Origin: Candidatus Doudnabacteria bacterium
GTDB lineage: Bacteria; Patescibacteriota; Doudnabacteria; UBA920
NCBI GenBank assembly: GCA_003151625.1
Contig: PLYC01000021.1
Span: 182,930 to 245,662, forward strand
Reading direction: 5' to 3'
Length of the DNA stretch: 62,733 bases
Under the pieces are notes generated by a model. The model was not told where the DNA came from. It ran no database searches and worked only from the letters and a program-made list of their open reading frames with translations. Shown piece by piece: positions 1 through 7,673 of this stretch (positions are counted from its first letter, which is position 1; each line of letters begins with the position of its first letter). The translations under genes were made by a program, and so were the position numbers.

Positions 1-23
1 CTAACCAACTGAGCTAACCGCCC
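1..23 (-). tRNA. 5' fragment of a tRNA, truncated by the window edge (isotype not determinable)
   Basis: Reverse complement reads GGGCGGTTAGCTCAGTTGGTTAG, an acceptor stem plus D-arm start; the anticodon lies outside the window. Confidence 0.6.
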
Positions 24-72
24 TAAATTTTTAGTCTGACTTTAGATACTATACCAAAATCTGGGAATTTTT

Positions 73-369
73 TCAAGGGGCGTTGGCTAAAGAGATTATG
101 GCGTCAAAATTATCTGGTTTTACGGTCTTATTGCGTTTGGTTGCCCCGCAAATTTCGCAACGGTGAGTTAAGATATATTCTCCGTGGTCTAATTTCACGG
201 CCACTGGCTTCATCATGCCGCCGCAGGTTTCCGCGCGGTCCCCGGGGTTAATGTCCACGTGTTTGCTCCAAAGGCAAATCGGGCAATGGTTGGTGTAGCC
301 GTTGCCTTCCACCTTGGCGCCGCAGTGGCCGCAAACAAAGTCTTCAATTGTCCTGGTAAAGTTGCCCAT
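73..369 (-). CDS. RNHCP-domain zinc-binding protein
   Basis: F.C.HCG...YTNHCPICLWSKHVD..PGDRA..CGG.M.P and HRCEICG motifs typical of the RNHCP family. Confidence 0.8.
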   Translation of the reverse strand: MGNFTRTIEDFVCGHCGAKVEGNGYTNHCPICLWSKHVDINPGDRAETCGGMMKPVAVKLDHGEYILTHRCEICGATKRNKTVKPDNFDAIISLANAP

Positions 370-469
370 AGGAGTTTACGAAGTACCTGCCCGCCAAAGT
401 TAATTTTAAAAATTGAACTGACTGCAATTATCCACTATCTGTAATATGGGACTTGCTTTGGCAGGCGGG

Positions 470-541
470 CGAACAATTACGAACTTACGAAGAAGTCCGT
501 TGGTTATGTTTCGTACATTCGTATGGCTTCGTACTTCGTAA
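470..541. repeat. Imperfect hairpin built of short TACGAA/TTCGTA tandem units
   Basis: CGAACAATTACGAACTTACGAA...TTCGTACATTCGTATGGCTTCGTACTTCGTA; sister copy at 31227-31309. Confidence 0.6.
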
Positions 542-704
542 AATTATATATTAGCACAAACAGGCGTTTTTTGTTATTATGAAAATATAAAAGAAATCTT
601 CACCCACCAAAACTTTGCCCTTTTAATTGAAATGGGTGGATTGCCAAATAAAATTAATTAATCGAGTTTTTAAAACTCTACCGCAAAGTTTAGGCGGATA
701 AAAT

Positions 705-1589
705 ATGCCAAAGGCCATACATCTTATTTCTCCCAATTTTTCCGATATCTTTAGTCCTAATATTGAAATTGGCCAGTTCCCGGACGGTGATATTCATGTT
801 AGGGTTCCGCCAATTTTGGAATGCAGGGGGCAGGATGTGGTAATTTTTCACAGGCTTTATCCAAGACAAAATACTTCTTTGATGGGCCTGTTTTTAATTC
901 TGGATTCTTTAAAGGAGATTGGCGCAAAGCATGTTACCGTGGTAGCGCCGTATTTGCCGTACTCCCGCCAGGATAAAAAAAAGCTCAACGGCGAAGTGGC
1001 CAGCGCTTTTGTGGTTTGCAACATGCTGGCTCGTGCCGGGTGTGATAAGTTGATAACTTTTGACTGCCATTTTTTAAACAAGGAAGGTCCGGCGGAATTT
1101 GGCGAATTAAAAATAGAAAATATCTCTATGGGTAAAGCTTTGGTTGAATACGCCAAGGCCACGGCTTTTTTGGGAGAGCCTTGCGAGGTTATTACGCCGG
1201 ATATGGGTGCGAATTATTTAGTTAAGGAACACGGCGGTAAATCTTACAGTAAAGTCCGCAAAGAATACGAGGGCGATAAAATCGCTTACCGCGACGTAGG
1301 ACAAATGGACGGCGACTTTGATGTTAAAGATAAAAATGTTTTGCTTTTGGACGATATGATAAGTACAGGTGCTACAATGATTTGTGCTTTGGAAAAATTG
1401 ACCGAAGGCAGGGCAAAAAAAATTTGTTGCGCGGCCACTCACGGTTTGTTTTTGTATAATTGCGTGGACAAAATAAAAAAATTTACGCCTTACGTTTTTT
1501 CTTCCGATTCAATTATTAACGACAACGCCAAAGTTTCCATAAAAGAAAAGCTAGCGGATTTTGGCGTTAGTCAACCGACGTTATTTTAA
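705..1589 (+). CDS. prs: Ribose-phosphate pyrophosphokinase
   Basis: F.DG...VR, YLPYSRQDKK, ITPDMGA and PRPP-binding LLDDMISTGATM motifs. Confidence 0.9.
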   Translation: MPKAIHLISPNFSDIFSPNIEIGQFPDGDIHVRVPPILECRGQDVVIFHRLYPRQNTSLMGLFLILDSLKEIGAKHVTVVAPYLPYSRQDKKKLNGEVASAFVVCNMLARAGCDKLITFDCHFLNKEGPAEFGELKIENISMGKALVEYAKATAFLGEPCEVITPDMGANYLVKEHGGKSYSKVRKEYEGDKIAYRDVGQMDGDFDVKDKNVLLLDDMISTGATMICALEKLTEGRAKKICCAATHGLFLYNCVDKIKKFTPYVFSSDSIINDNAKVSIKEKLADFGVSQPTLF

Positions 1590-1594
1590 ATTTT

Positions 1595-2263
1595 ATGACC
1601 CAGGAAGAATCTATAGCAAAAATATTACTTGATGCCAAGGCGGTAAAGGTAAGCGTTAACCCGCCTTTTACTTGGAATACGGGTTTTTTGGCTCCCATTT
1701 ATTGTGATAACCGTTTATTGATTTCTTATCCAGAAGAACGCGGTTTGGTTATAAAAGGATTTAAAGATTTAATAGAGCAAAATAATTTGGAATTTGATGT
1801 GTTGGCCGGAACGGCAACTGCCGGAATTCCTTGGGCTTCTTTTTTAGCTCAAGAGTTAAATAAAGCCATGGTTTATGTTAGGGCGCAGCCTAAAGATTAT
1901 GGTAAAGCAAAGCAAGTAGAAGGTTTTATGCCTAATGGCGCGCGAGTATTAATAGTGGAAGACTTAATTTCTACCGGCAGGAGCTCTTTAACATCGGCCA
2001 AAGCTTGTCAGCGGGAATACGAGGCACAGATTGTGGCGGTGATAGCGATTTTTGATTATCAAATGGAATTAGCTAAGACGTCTTTTGCTGATGCCAATAT
2101 TAATTTATTGGCTTTGAGTAATTTTTCCTCGTTGGTCAAGGTTGCGGCAGAGCAGAGTTATTTGACCAAGGAAGAAAAGGATAATGCTTTATCCTGGGGT
2201 GCTAATCCGGAAGCTTGGCATAAAGCTCACGGAGGTAAAGAAATTTTGAAAGTTGTAAAATAA
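1595..2263 (+). CDS. pyrE: Orotate phosphoribosyltransferase
   Basis: PFTW.TG..APIYCDNR, AGTATAGIP, VEDLISTG; sits in a pyr operon. Confidence 0.92.
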   Translation: MTQEESIAKILLDAKAVKVSVNPPFTWNTGFLAPIYCDNRLLISYPEERGLVIKGFKDLIEQNNLEFDVLAGTATAGIPWASFLAQELNKAMVYVRAQPKDYGKAKQVEGFMPNGARVLIVEDLISTGRSSLTSAKACQREYEAQIVAVIAIFDYQMELAKTSFADANINLLALSNFSSLVKVAAEQSYLTKEEKDNALSWGANPEAWHKAHGGKEILKVVK

Positions 2264-2265
2264 TT

Positions 2266-3063
2266 ATGATAATAGACAAATACAATCAGCGGGTGGAAAA
2301 GGTGAATTCTCTGGTTTGCGTGGGGCTGGATTCGGACTTTGAAAAAATTCCGGAACGTTTTAAAAAATTGGAAAATCCGCAGTTTGAGTTTAATAAATGG
2401 ATTATAGACCAGACCGCGGAGTTTGCGGCGTGCTACAAACCAAACATCGCGTTTTACGAAGTCCGCGGCGATCAGGGAATAAAAGAACTTAAAATGACCA
2501 CGGAATATCTGGGCGAAAATCATCCGGATATTTTTACTATTTGCGATGCTAAGCGCGCGGATATTGGCAATACCAATAACGGCTATGTGGAAGAATTTTT
2601 TGATTGGTTCGGTTTTGACGCCATAACCCTGCATCCCTATTTGGGGAAAGAAGCCTTAAAGCCATTTTTGGATCGGGCTGACAAGGGTTCGGTTATCCTT
2701 TGTCGAACTTCCAATGCCGGCGCTGGAGAATTGCAGGACTTATTAGTGGATGGTAAGCCCGTGTGGCAGATTGTTGCCGAAAAAGTCCGCGATGAATGGA
2801 ATTACAACCATAATTGTATGCTGGTGGTTGGTGCAACATATCCTGAAGAAATGAAAAAGCTGCGTAATATTATGGGCAAGACAGCATTTTTGGTGCCGGG
2901 TATCGGCGCGCAGGGCGGCGATGTAAAAGCAACGGTGGAAGCGGGTATGAGCGAGGACAAACGTGGGATGATTATAAATTCCTCCCGCGGCATAATATTT
3001 TCGGAAGACCCGTCGGCAGAGGTAAGAAAGCTGAGGGATGAAATAAATAAATATCGAAGTTAA
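2266..3063 (+). CDS. pyrF: Orotidine-5'-phosphate decarboxylase (type 2 subfamily)
   Basis: VCVGLD, KPNIAFYE, DAKRADIGNT, LVPGIGAQGGD, INSSRGII. Confidence 0.92.
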   Translation: MIIDKYNQRVEKVNSLVCVGLDSDFEKIPERFKKLENPQFEFNKWIIDQTAEFAACYKPNIAFYEVRGDQGIKELKMTTEYLGENHPDIFTICDAKRADIGNTNNGYVEEFFDWFGFDAITLHPYLGKEALKPFLDRADKGSVILCRTSNAGAGELQDLLVDGKPVWQIVAEKVRDEWNYNHNCMLVVGATYPEEMKKLRNIMGKTAFLVPGIGAQGGDVKATVEAGMSEDKRGMIINSSRGIIFSEDPSAEVRKLRDEINKYRS

Positions 3064-3195
3064 ATCCGAAGCACGAAATCCGAAACAAATTCAAATATAT
3101 AAATTTTAAATTTAAAACTTTGTATATCCGTTTAGATATTAGATTTTTGGATTTAGATATTGTTTTGAATTTCGATATCCGAATTTCGAATTTAC
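3062..3195. repeat. Short-period (about 7 nt) imperfect inverted repeat
   Basis: AAATCCGAAGCACGAAATCCGAAACAAATTC...GAATTTCGATATCCGAATTTCGAATTT; related copy at 15508-15632. Confidence 0.6.
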
Positions 3196-3201
3196 TTTTT
3201 T

Positions 3202-4269
3202 ATGTATAAACTTATCCGTCCATTAATTTTTAAGGCTTCATCGGATCCCGAAACAACGCACAGGGCAATCATGAAGCTTTTACATATGGTTGGTAGTGTC
3301 CCTCCCCTTTCCTGGACAGAGCGGATGATTTTTAATTTTGCTGACGAACGGCTTGGTCAAAAAGTTTTTGGTTTGGATTTTAAAAATCCGGTTGGTTTGG
3401 CCGGAGGGTTCGACAAGCAAGCCGAAGCTGGTCCTGCTTTTGCCAATTTGGGTTTTGGATTTTTGGAAGTCGGGACAATTACCCGGCATGCCCAGCTGGG
3501 CAATCCTCGCCCGCGAATTTTTCGTTTGGAACAGGACGAAGCATTAATAAACAGAATGGGATTTAATAATGAAGGCGCGGATTTTATGGTCGGCAGCTTA
3601 TCTGTGGCACAAAAATTAAATATTCCTTTGGGCATTAATTTGGGTAAATCTAAAATAACAGAGCTGGCAAAAGCTCAAGAAGATTATTTATATTCTTTTT
3701 CTAAGCTGTATGAATACGGCGATTATTTTGTCGTAAACGTCAGTTCCCCTAACACACCTGGATTACGTCAATTACACAATAAAAGTTTTTTGGTGGATAT
3801 TTTGTCGGGTTTAAATAACCACAAATCAAAACAACAAATAAAAAAACCGATTTTGGTTAAAACAGTTGTTGACCTTTCTTTGGAAGAGATTGATGAAGTT
3901 TTGGAAGTTTGTAAAAACCAAAACGTTGACGGTTTAATTATCAGCAATACTCTATTGAGCCGCGACGGGTTAAAAATAAAAACAGTTGAGGCCGGTGGTA
4001 TGAGCGGCAAGCCCATTAGGCAAAAATCTACCGATTACATAAGGCATATCCATCACCGGCTCCCAACCTTGCCCATTGTCGGCGTAGGTGGAATTTTTAG
4101 TGCCGAGGATGCTTATGAAAAAATTAAAGCCGGCGCTAGCCTGGTTCAGGTTTACACGGGCTTGATTTATGAAGGCCCCGGCATAGTAAAAAATATTAAT
4201 CGTGGTTTGGTTAAACTTTTGCAGCAAGACGGATTTAAAAATATAAGTGAGGCTGTGGGTAAGCAATAA
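3202..4269 (+). CDS. pyrD: Dihydroorotate dehydrogenase (quinone), class 2
   Basis: NPVGLAGGFDK, EVGTIT...Q.GNPRPRIFRL, INRMGFNNEG, NVSSPNTPGLR, GGMSG, SLVQVYTGLIYEGP. Confidence 0.93.
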   Translation: MYKLIRPLIFKASSDPETTHRAIMKLLHMVGSVPPLSWTERMIFNFADERLGQKVFGLDFKNPVGLAGGFDKQAEAGPAFANLGFGFLEVGTITRHAQLGNPRPRIFRLEQDEALINRMGFNNEGADFMVGSLSVAQKLNIPLGINLGKSKITELAKAQEDYLYSFSKLYEYGDYFVVNVSSPNTPGLRQLHNKSFLVDILSGLNNHKSKQQIKKPILVKTVVDLSLEEIDEVLEVCKNQNVDGLIISNTLLSRDGLKIKTVEAGGMSGKPIRQKSTDYIRHIHHRLPTLPIVGVGGIFSAEDAYEKIKAGASLVQVYTGLIYEGPGIVKNINRGLVKLLQQDGFKNISEAVGKQ

Positions 4270-4311
4270 AACAATGGGCACCGTTGTGCTGCACAACGGT
4301 GCCCATTGTTT
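4269..4311. repeat. Palindromic element family A (CAATGGGCACC...GGTGCCCATTG)
   Basis: Perfect 21-bp arms AAACAATGGGCACCGTTGTGC-T-GCACAACGGTGCCCATTGTTT directly after the pyrD stop. Confidence 0.85.
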
Positions 4312-4319
4312 AGTAACAC

Positions 4320-4348
4320 TTGAAAATAAAGGCGGTTTTAGCTATAAT
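4320..4348 (+). promoter_or_regulatory. Sigma70-type promoter of tRNA-Leu
   Basis: TTGAAA-17 nt-TATAAT. Confidence 0.65.
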
Positions 4349-4371
4349 TGATAAGTTAATTTAGTTTTTAA

Positions 4372-4458
4372 GCCCAGGTGGCGGAATTGGTATACGCACT
4401 ACCTTGAGGTGGTAGCGGGAGCAATCCCGTGCAGGTTCGAGTCCTGTCCTGGGCACCA
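4372..4458 (+). tRNA. tRNA-Leu(GAG)
   Basis: GCCCAGG acceptor, anticodon arm CTACC-TTGAGGT-GGTAG, long variable arm, TTCGAGT loop, encoded CCA. Confidence 0.95.
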
Positions 4459-4566
4459 CGAACCACTCCCCCGCGGAGCGGGGTCGGGTACGTGGCGCAG
4501 CCACTAGCGCGACAGAGCGGTGAGTGCCCTGTACCGGAGCCAGGCGACTGGTATAGGGCAGTAAAA
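4459..4566 (+). repeat. Post-tRNA element, copy without nuclease
   Basis: CGAACCACT...TGAGTGCCCTGTACCGGAGCCAGGCGACTGGTATAGGGCAGTAAAA, near-identical to the sequence after tRNA-Ala(CGC). Confidence 0.75.
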
Positions 4567-4622
4567 AGACCCAAGAGGTCTTTTTTGTTATACTTTAACC
4601 AGAGTAATTAAACTATTATTTT

Positions 4623-5198
4623 ATGACATTAAACATCCCCATAATTTTAGGCTCCGTCCGTGAAGGCCGGAAGAGCGAGGCGCCGGCGAAATATATTTTG
4701 GAAAAGGTTAAATCCGCGGGGCATACAACACAGCTGGTTGATTTTAAGGAAATGCCTTTGCCGTTTTATAACGGATCAACCGTACCTGTTGTTTACTTTA
4801 AAACTAAGTATCCAAACGAAAATGCGGAGAGGTGGAGCCAAATTGCGCGCGCTGCGGACGCGTTTATTATAGTGAGTCCGGAGTACAATCATGGCTATCC
4901 CGCGGTCTTAAAAAACGCCCTTGATTGGGGTTATTTGGAATTTGAAAAAAAGCCGTTTGGACTGATTGGGGTTTCCAATGGTTCTACCGCCGGAGCAAGA
5001 ATGATTGAACACATAAGGCCAATTATTCAAAACTTTAACGCTATGTCCATCCGTGAGACTGTAATGATAGGTCCAATAGCAAAATATTTTGATGACAGCG
5101 GAAAGCTGCTTGATGACAGTTTAAATAAGAAGATAGATGGTTTATTAGCCAGCCTAACTTGGTGGGCAGAGGCATTAAAGAGAGCAAGGGTCAATTGA
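4623..5198 (+). CDS. NADPH-dependent FMN reductase (flavodoxin-like)
   Basis: ILGSVREGRKS, SPEYNHGYPAVLKNALDW, KPFGLIGVS.G..AGAR. Confidence 0.9.
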   Translation: MTLNIPIILGSVREGRKSEAPAKYILEKVKSAGHTTQLVDFKEMPLPFYNGSTVPVVYFKTKYPNENAERWSQIARAADAFIIVSPEYNHGYPAVLKNALDWGYLEFEKKPFGLIGVSNGSTAGARMIEHIRPIIQNFNAMSIRETVMIGPIAKYFDDSGKLLDDSLNKKIDGLLASLTWWAEALKRARVN

Positions 5199-5288
5199 CA
5201 AAATTGAGCATAGTTAAACAAAATTGACATAATTACCAGTTGGCAATTATGTCAATTTTTTTAAATTTTATTTAATTTTGCTCAATAC

Positions 5289-6275
5289 CTATACCACTTT
5301 CCACTTCCCAAGTTCGTCTTTCATAAGTTTTCCGGATACGGAAAACCCTGAAGCCAGTTTATGTCCGCCCCCGCCAAATATGTGGGCGATTTTAGATACG
5401 TCAATATTTTTAAATGTGTCACTGCGCAGGCTTCCCTTTATAATCCCGCCGTCCTGGCGCAGGAACATGGCAAATTTAGCCTCGGGCATTGTATTTAGTG
5501 TCTCTACAAACCCTTCAAATGCGGCTTGGGGCAAACTTGTAAACTCCGCCAAATCTTTGTCCGTCATTACGGAATAAATAATTTTATTTTTTTCATCGTA
5601 ATAGGAGTTTTCCATGGCCTTGCCCCAGGCCTTTAGGGTGAGTGGCGATTTATTTTTATAAGTTTGCTTTATAATTTTGTGGGTTTGTGCGCCTTTGCGC
5701 GTTAGTTCGGCCGCGGCTTTGAGCGTGGAGCTTTGGGTGTTACTGTGCATAAACCCCCCAGTGTCGGTAATAATTCCCGTTAAAAGGCAGGTAGCAATGT
5801 CTTTGGTAATAGGCCAGTGGTTAAATAAAAAAAAGTCATAAACCAGTTCGGCTACCGAAGATTTTTTTGGATCAACAACATTCACATGGCCGAAACCGGT
5901 GTTATCTGGATGATGGTCAATATTGATAATTTTCAATTTTAAATTTTCAATTTTCAATGAGCCGGTACGCTCGATTTCTGAACAGCCAAAGATTATCAGC
6001 AGGTCGAAATCTCCGCCAGAGGCGGATCCGCCTTTGGCGGAAAAATTTTGATAGTCAATATCATCAACTATTTTGTTTGCTCCAGGCAAGAAGCTTAAGT
6101 TTGGTGGTACGCCTTTTTTTATTGAGTAAGTAACCGATTTACCCATTTGTTCCAGCTGCTGACCCATTGCCAAAAGCGCGCCGCCATCATCGCCATCCAT
6201 GCGTTCGTGCATTGTCAGTAAGATATTGGCAGACCGGTCAATTAAATTTTTTGCTTGTTCAAAAGCTTGTTTCAT
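5289..6275 (-). CDS. nrnA: DHH/DHHA1 phosphoesterase (NrnA-like oligoribonuclease/pAp phosphatase) with a 10-aa in-frame insertion
   Basis: HERMDGD, IDHHPDN, GIITDTGGF, GSLRS, GGGGHKLASG; conserved infB-rbfA-DHH context. Confidence 0.85.
   Translation of the reverse strand: MKQAFEQAKNLIDRSANILLTMHERMDGDDGGALLAMGQQLEQMGKSVTYSIKKGVPPNLSFLPGANKIVDDIDYQNFSAKGGSASGGDFDLLIIFGCSEIERTGSLKIENLKLKIINIDHHPDNTGFGHVNVVDPKKSSVAELVYDFFLFNHWPITKDIATCLLTGIITDTGGFMHSNTQSSTLKAAAELTRKGAQTHKIIKQTYKNKSPLTLKAWGKAMENSYYDEKNKIIYSVMTDKDLAEFTSLPQAAFEGFVETLNTMPEAKFAMFLRQDGGIIKGSLRSDTFKNIDVSKIAHIFGGGGHKLASGFSVSGKLMKDELGKWKVV
6012..6041. repeat. 30-nt CCGCC-NNN-GGCGG double palindrome inserted in frame (SAKGGSASGG)
   Basis: TCCGCCAGAGGCGGATCCGCCTTTGGCGGA; on the coding strand 29/30 identical to 31920-31949 in ddl. 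Confidence 0.85.
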
Positions 6276-6358
6276 TTTTTTAAAAGATATTAAAGGTATT
6301 GGTTGATATTGGGATATTGCTCTGCGGAGCCAATATCTAATAATATCTCAATATCTAT

Positions 6359-6823
6359 TTAAGGTTTTTCCTCTGAATGTATTTTCCTCAGCACCTCGTC
6401 TATATGTTGTGCATACCGAGGGCTCGTGTCTAGGTGGAAACTAATGCGGGGAATAATTTTAGTGTGGAAGTGTTTGTTGACTTCGCCCTGGATGTCATAA
6501 ATATTGTCAGTCAGGAATTTTAAAATTTTATCGTCCAAAGTAGGGGCGGGATGGGTTTTTTTATAGGCCTTAATTAAACTTTTACCGTCTTTTCTTATGG
6601 GTAAGGGGCTGCTCGGTTCGTCTTCCGGTCGCTTAGCGTTTGGGTTAAATATGGAAATCCAAACTTTTGCCCATTTCATATCTTTACTCGTTTCCACTTT
6701 AGTAATGGTGACCAGTCCGTTTTGCCAATCCAAAAACTCATGCAAAATAGGCCCCAGCTCGTGCTGGATAAGCGAGTTAACTTTGGCTATTCGGTTGGTG
6801 TCTTTTTTAACCTCTGGTCTCAT
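6359..6823 (-). CDS. rbfA: Ribosome-binding factor A with an internal insertion
   Basis: RIAKVNSLIQHEL, VTITKVETSKD...AKVWIS, IPRISFHLD; downstream of infB. Confidence 0.85.
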   Translation of the reverse strand: MRPEVKKDTNRIAKVNSLIQHELGPILHEFLDWQNGLVTITKVETSKDMKWAKVWISIFNPNAKRPEDEPSSPLPIRKDGKSLIKAYKKTHPAPTLDDKILKFLTDNIYDIQGEVNKHFHTKIIPRISFHLDTSPRYAQHIDEVLRKIHSEEKP

Positions 6824-6942
6824 ATTTGTAGAGCTTGGTGGAAATTTTCTTGTCCTTTGAAGATTCCCGTAAAGGTTTGTCCAATTTAAAGTTAGCTTGT
6901 TATTCTAACCAAAAAACGCTCTCTTGGCAAGAGCGCTAAGAT

Positions 6943-7581
6943 TTAAATATCAAACGGCTTTAAAAGTTCGGGAGTGATAAAGTTTATTTTGTTTTCTTCG
7001 AGGATTTTTTTGGGCATGGCGTGGAACGGGCCGGGAAATTTTAACATTCCGTCGTGGACGGGAAATGCATAAGTCGGTTTTACTGCCAAAGCGTAATTAA
7101 TAGACTCTTTTATATGTAGCCATGGGCCGCAAACCGGCAATGCCAGGGTTGGGACGGTTCTCTCAATGGGGGTAAAAGCATCGCCGGCGTAAAAGAGTTT
7201 GTCGGCCAGCATAAAACCGGTATTTTGTACCTGGCCTAAGTCTTTATAAATTTCCGCGTGCTTGCTGCCAAAGGCTTCAATTTTTATTTCACCTAGTTTG
7301 GTGCTCTGGCCGTGCTCCACGACTTCGCAGTCAATGCCAAGTTCTTTTAATAGTTTGCTTACAGAGGTGTTGGAAATAAATTTAACCCGCGGATTTTTAT
7401 CAAGAATGTTTTTTATTGCCTTTGGGTCGTAATGGTCGGAGTGCTCATGGGTAATTAGCACGGCATCAATATTATTTAAATCAGCCAAAGACAAGTTGCT
7501 CCAAATACCCGGGTCGGTTAGTATTTTTGACCCGGCTTCTTCTATTATCATGCAACAATGTCCGATTTTGGTAATTTTCAT
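6943..7581 (-). CDS. Metallo-beta-lactamase-fold hydrolase (UlaG-like)
   Basis: KIGHCC, LTDPG, LITHEHSDH, FYAGD, AFPVHDG. Confidence 0.85.
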   Translation of the reverse strand: MKITKIGHCCMIIEEAGSKILTDPGIWSNLSLADLNNIDAVLITHEHSDHYDPKAIKNILDKNPRVKFISNTSVSKLLKELGIDCEVVEHGQSTKLGEIKIEAFGSKHAEIYKDLGQVQNTGFMLADKLFYAGDAFTPIERTVPTLALPVCGPWLHIKESINYALAVKPTYAFPVHDGMLKFPGPFHAMPKKILEENKINFITPELLKPFDI

Positions 7582-7673
7582 ATAATATTTCTACTAAACA
7601 CTAAAGAATCTAAAAGTACTAAAGAGGAAATTTTTAGTTTAGTATTTTTAGCAAATTTAGTATTTAGTAGAGA

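Noticed and set aside
4368-4611. ORFs 4368-4574(-) and 4429-4611(+)
   Set aside because: They overlap tRNA-Leu and the post-tRNA repeat. The similar peptide GECPVPE..DWYRAVK in ORF 21148-21375 simply reflects the same DNA element.
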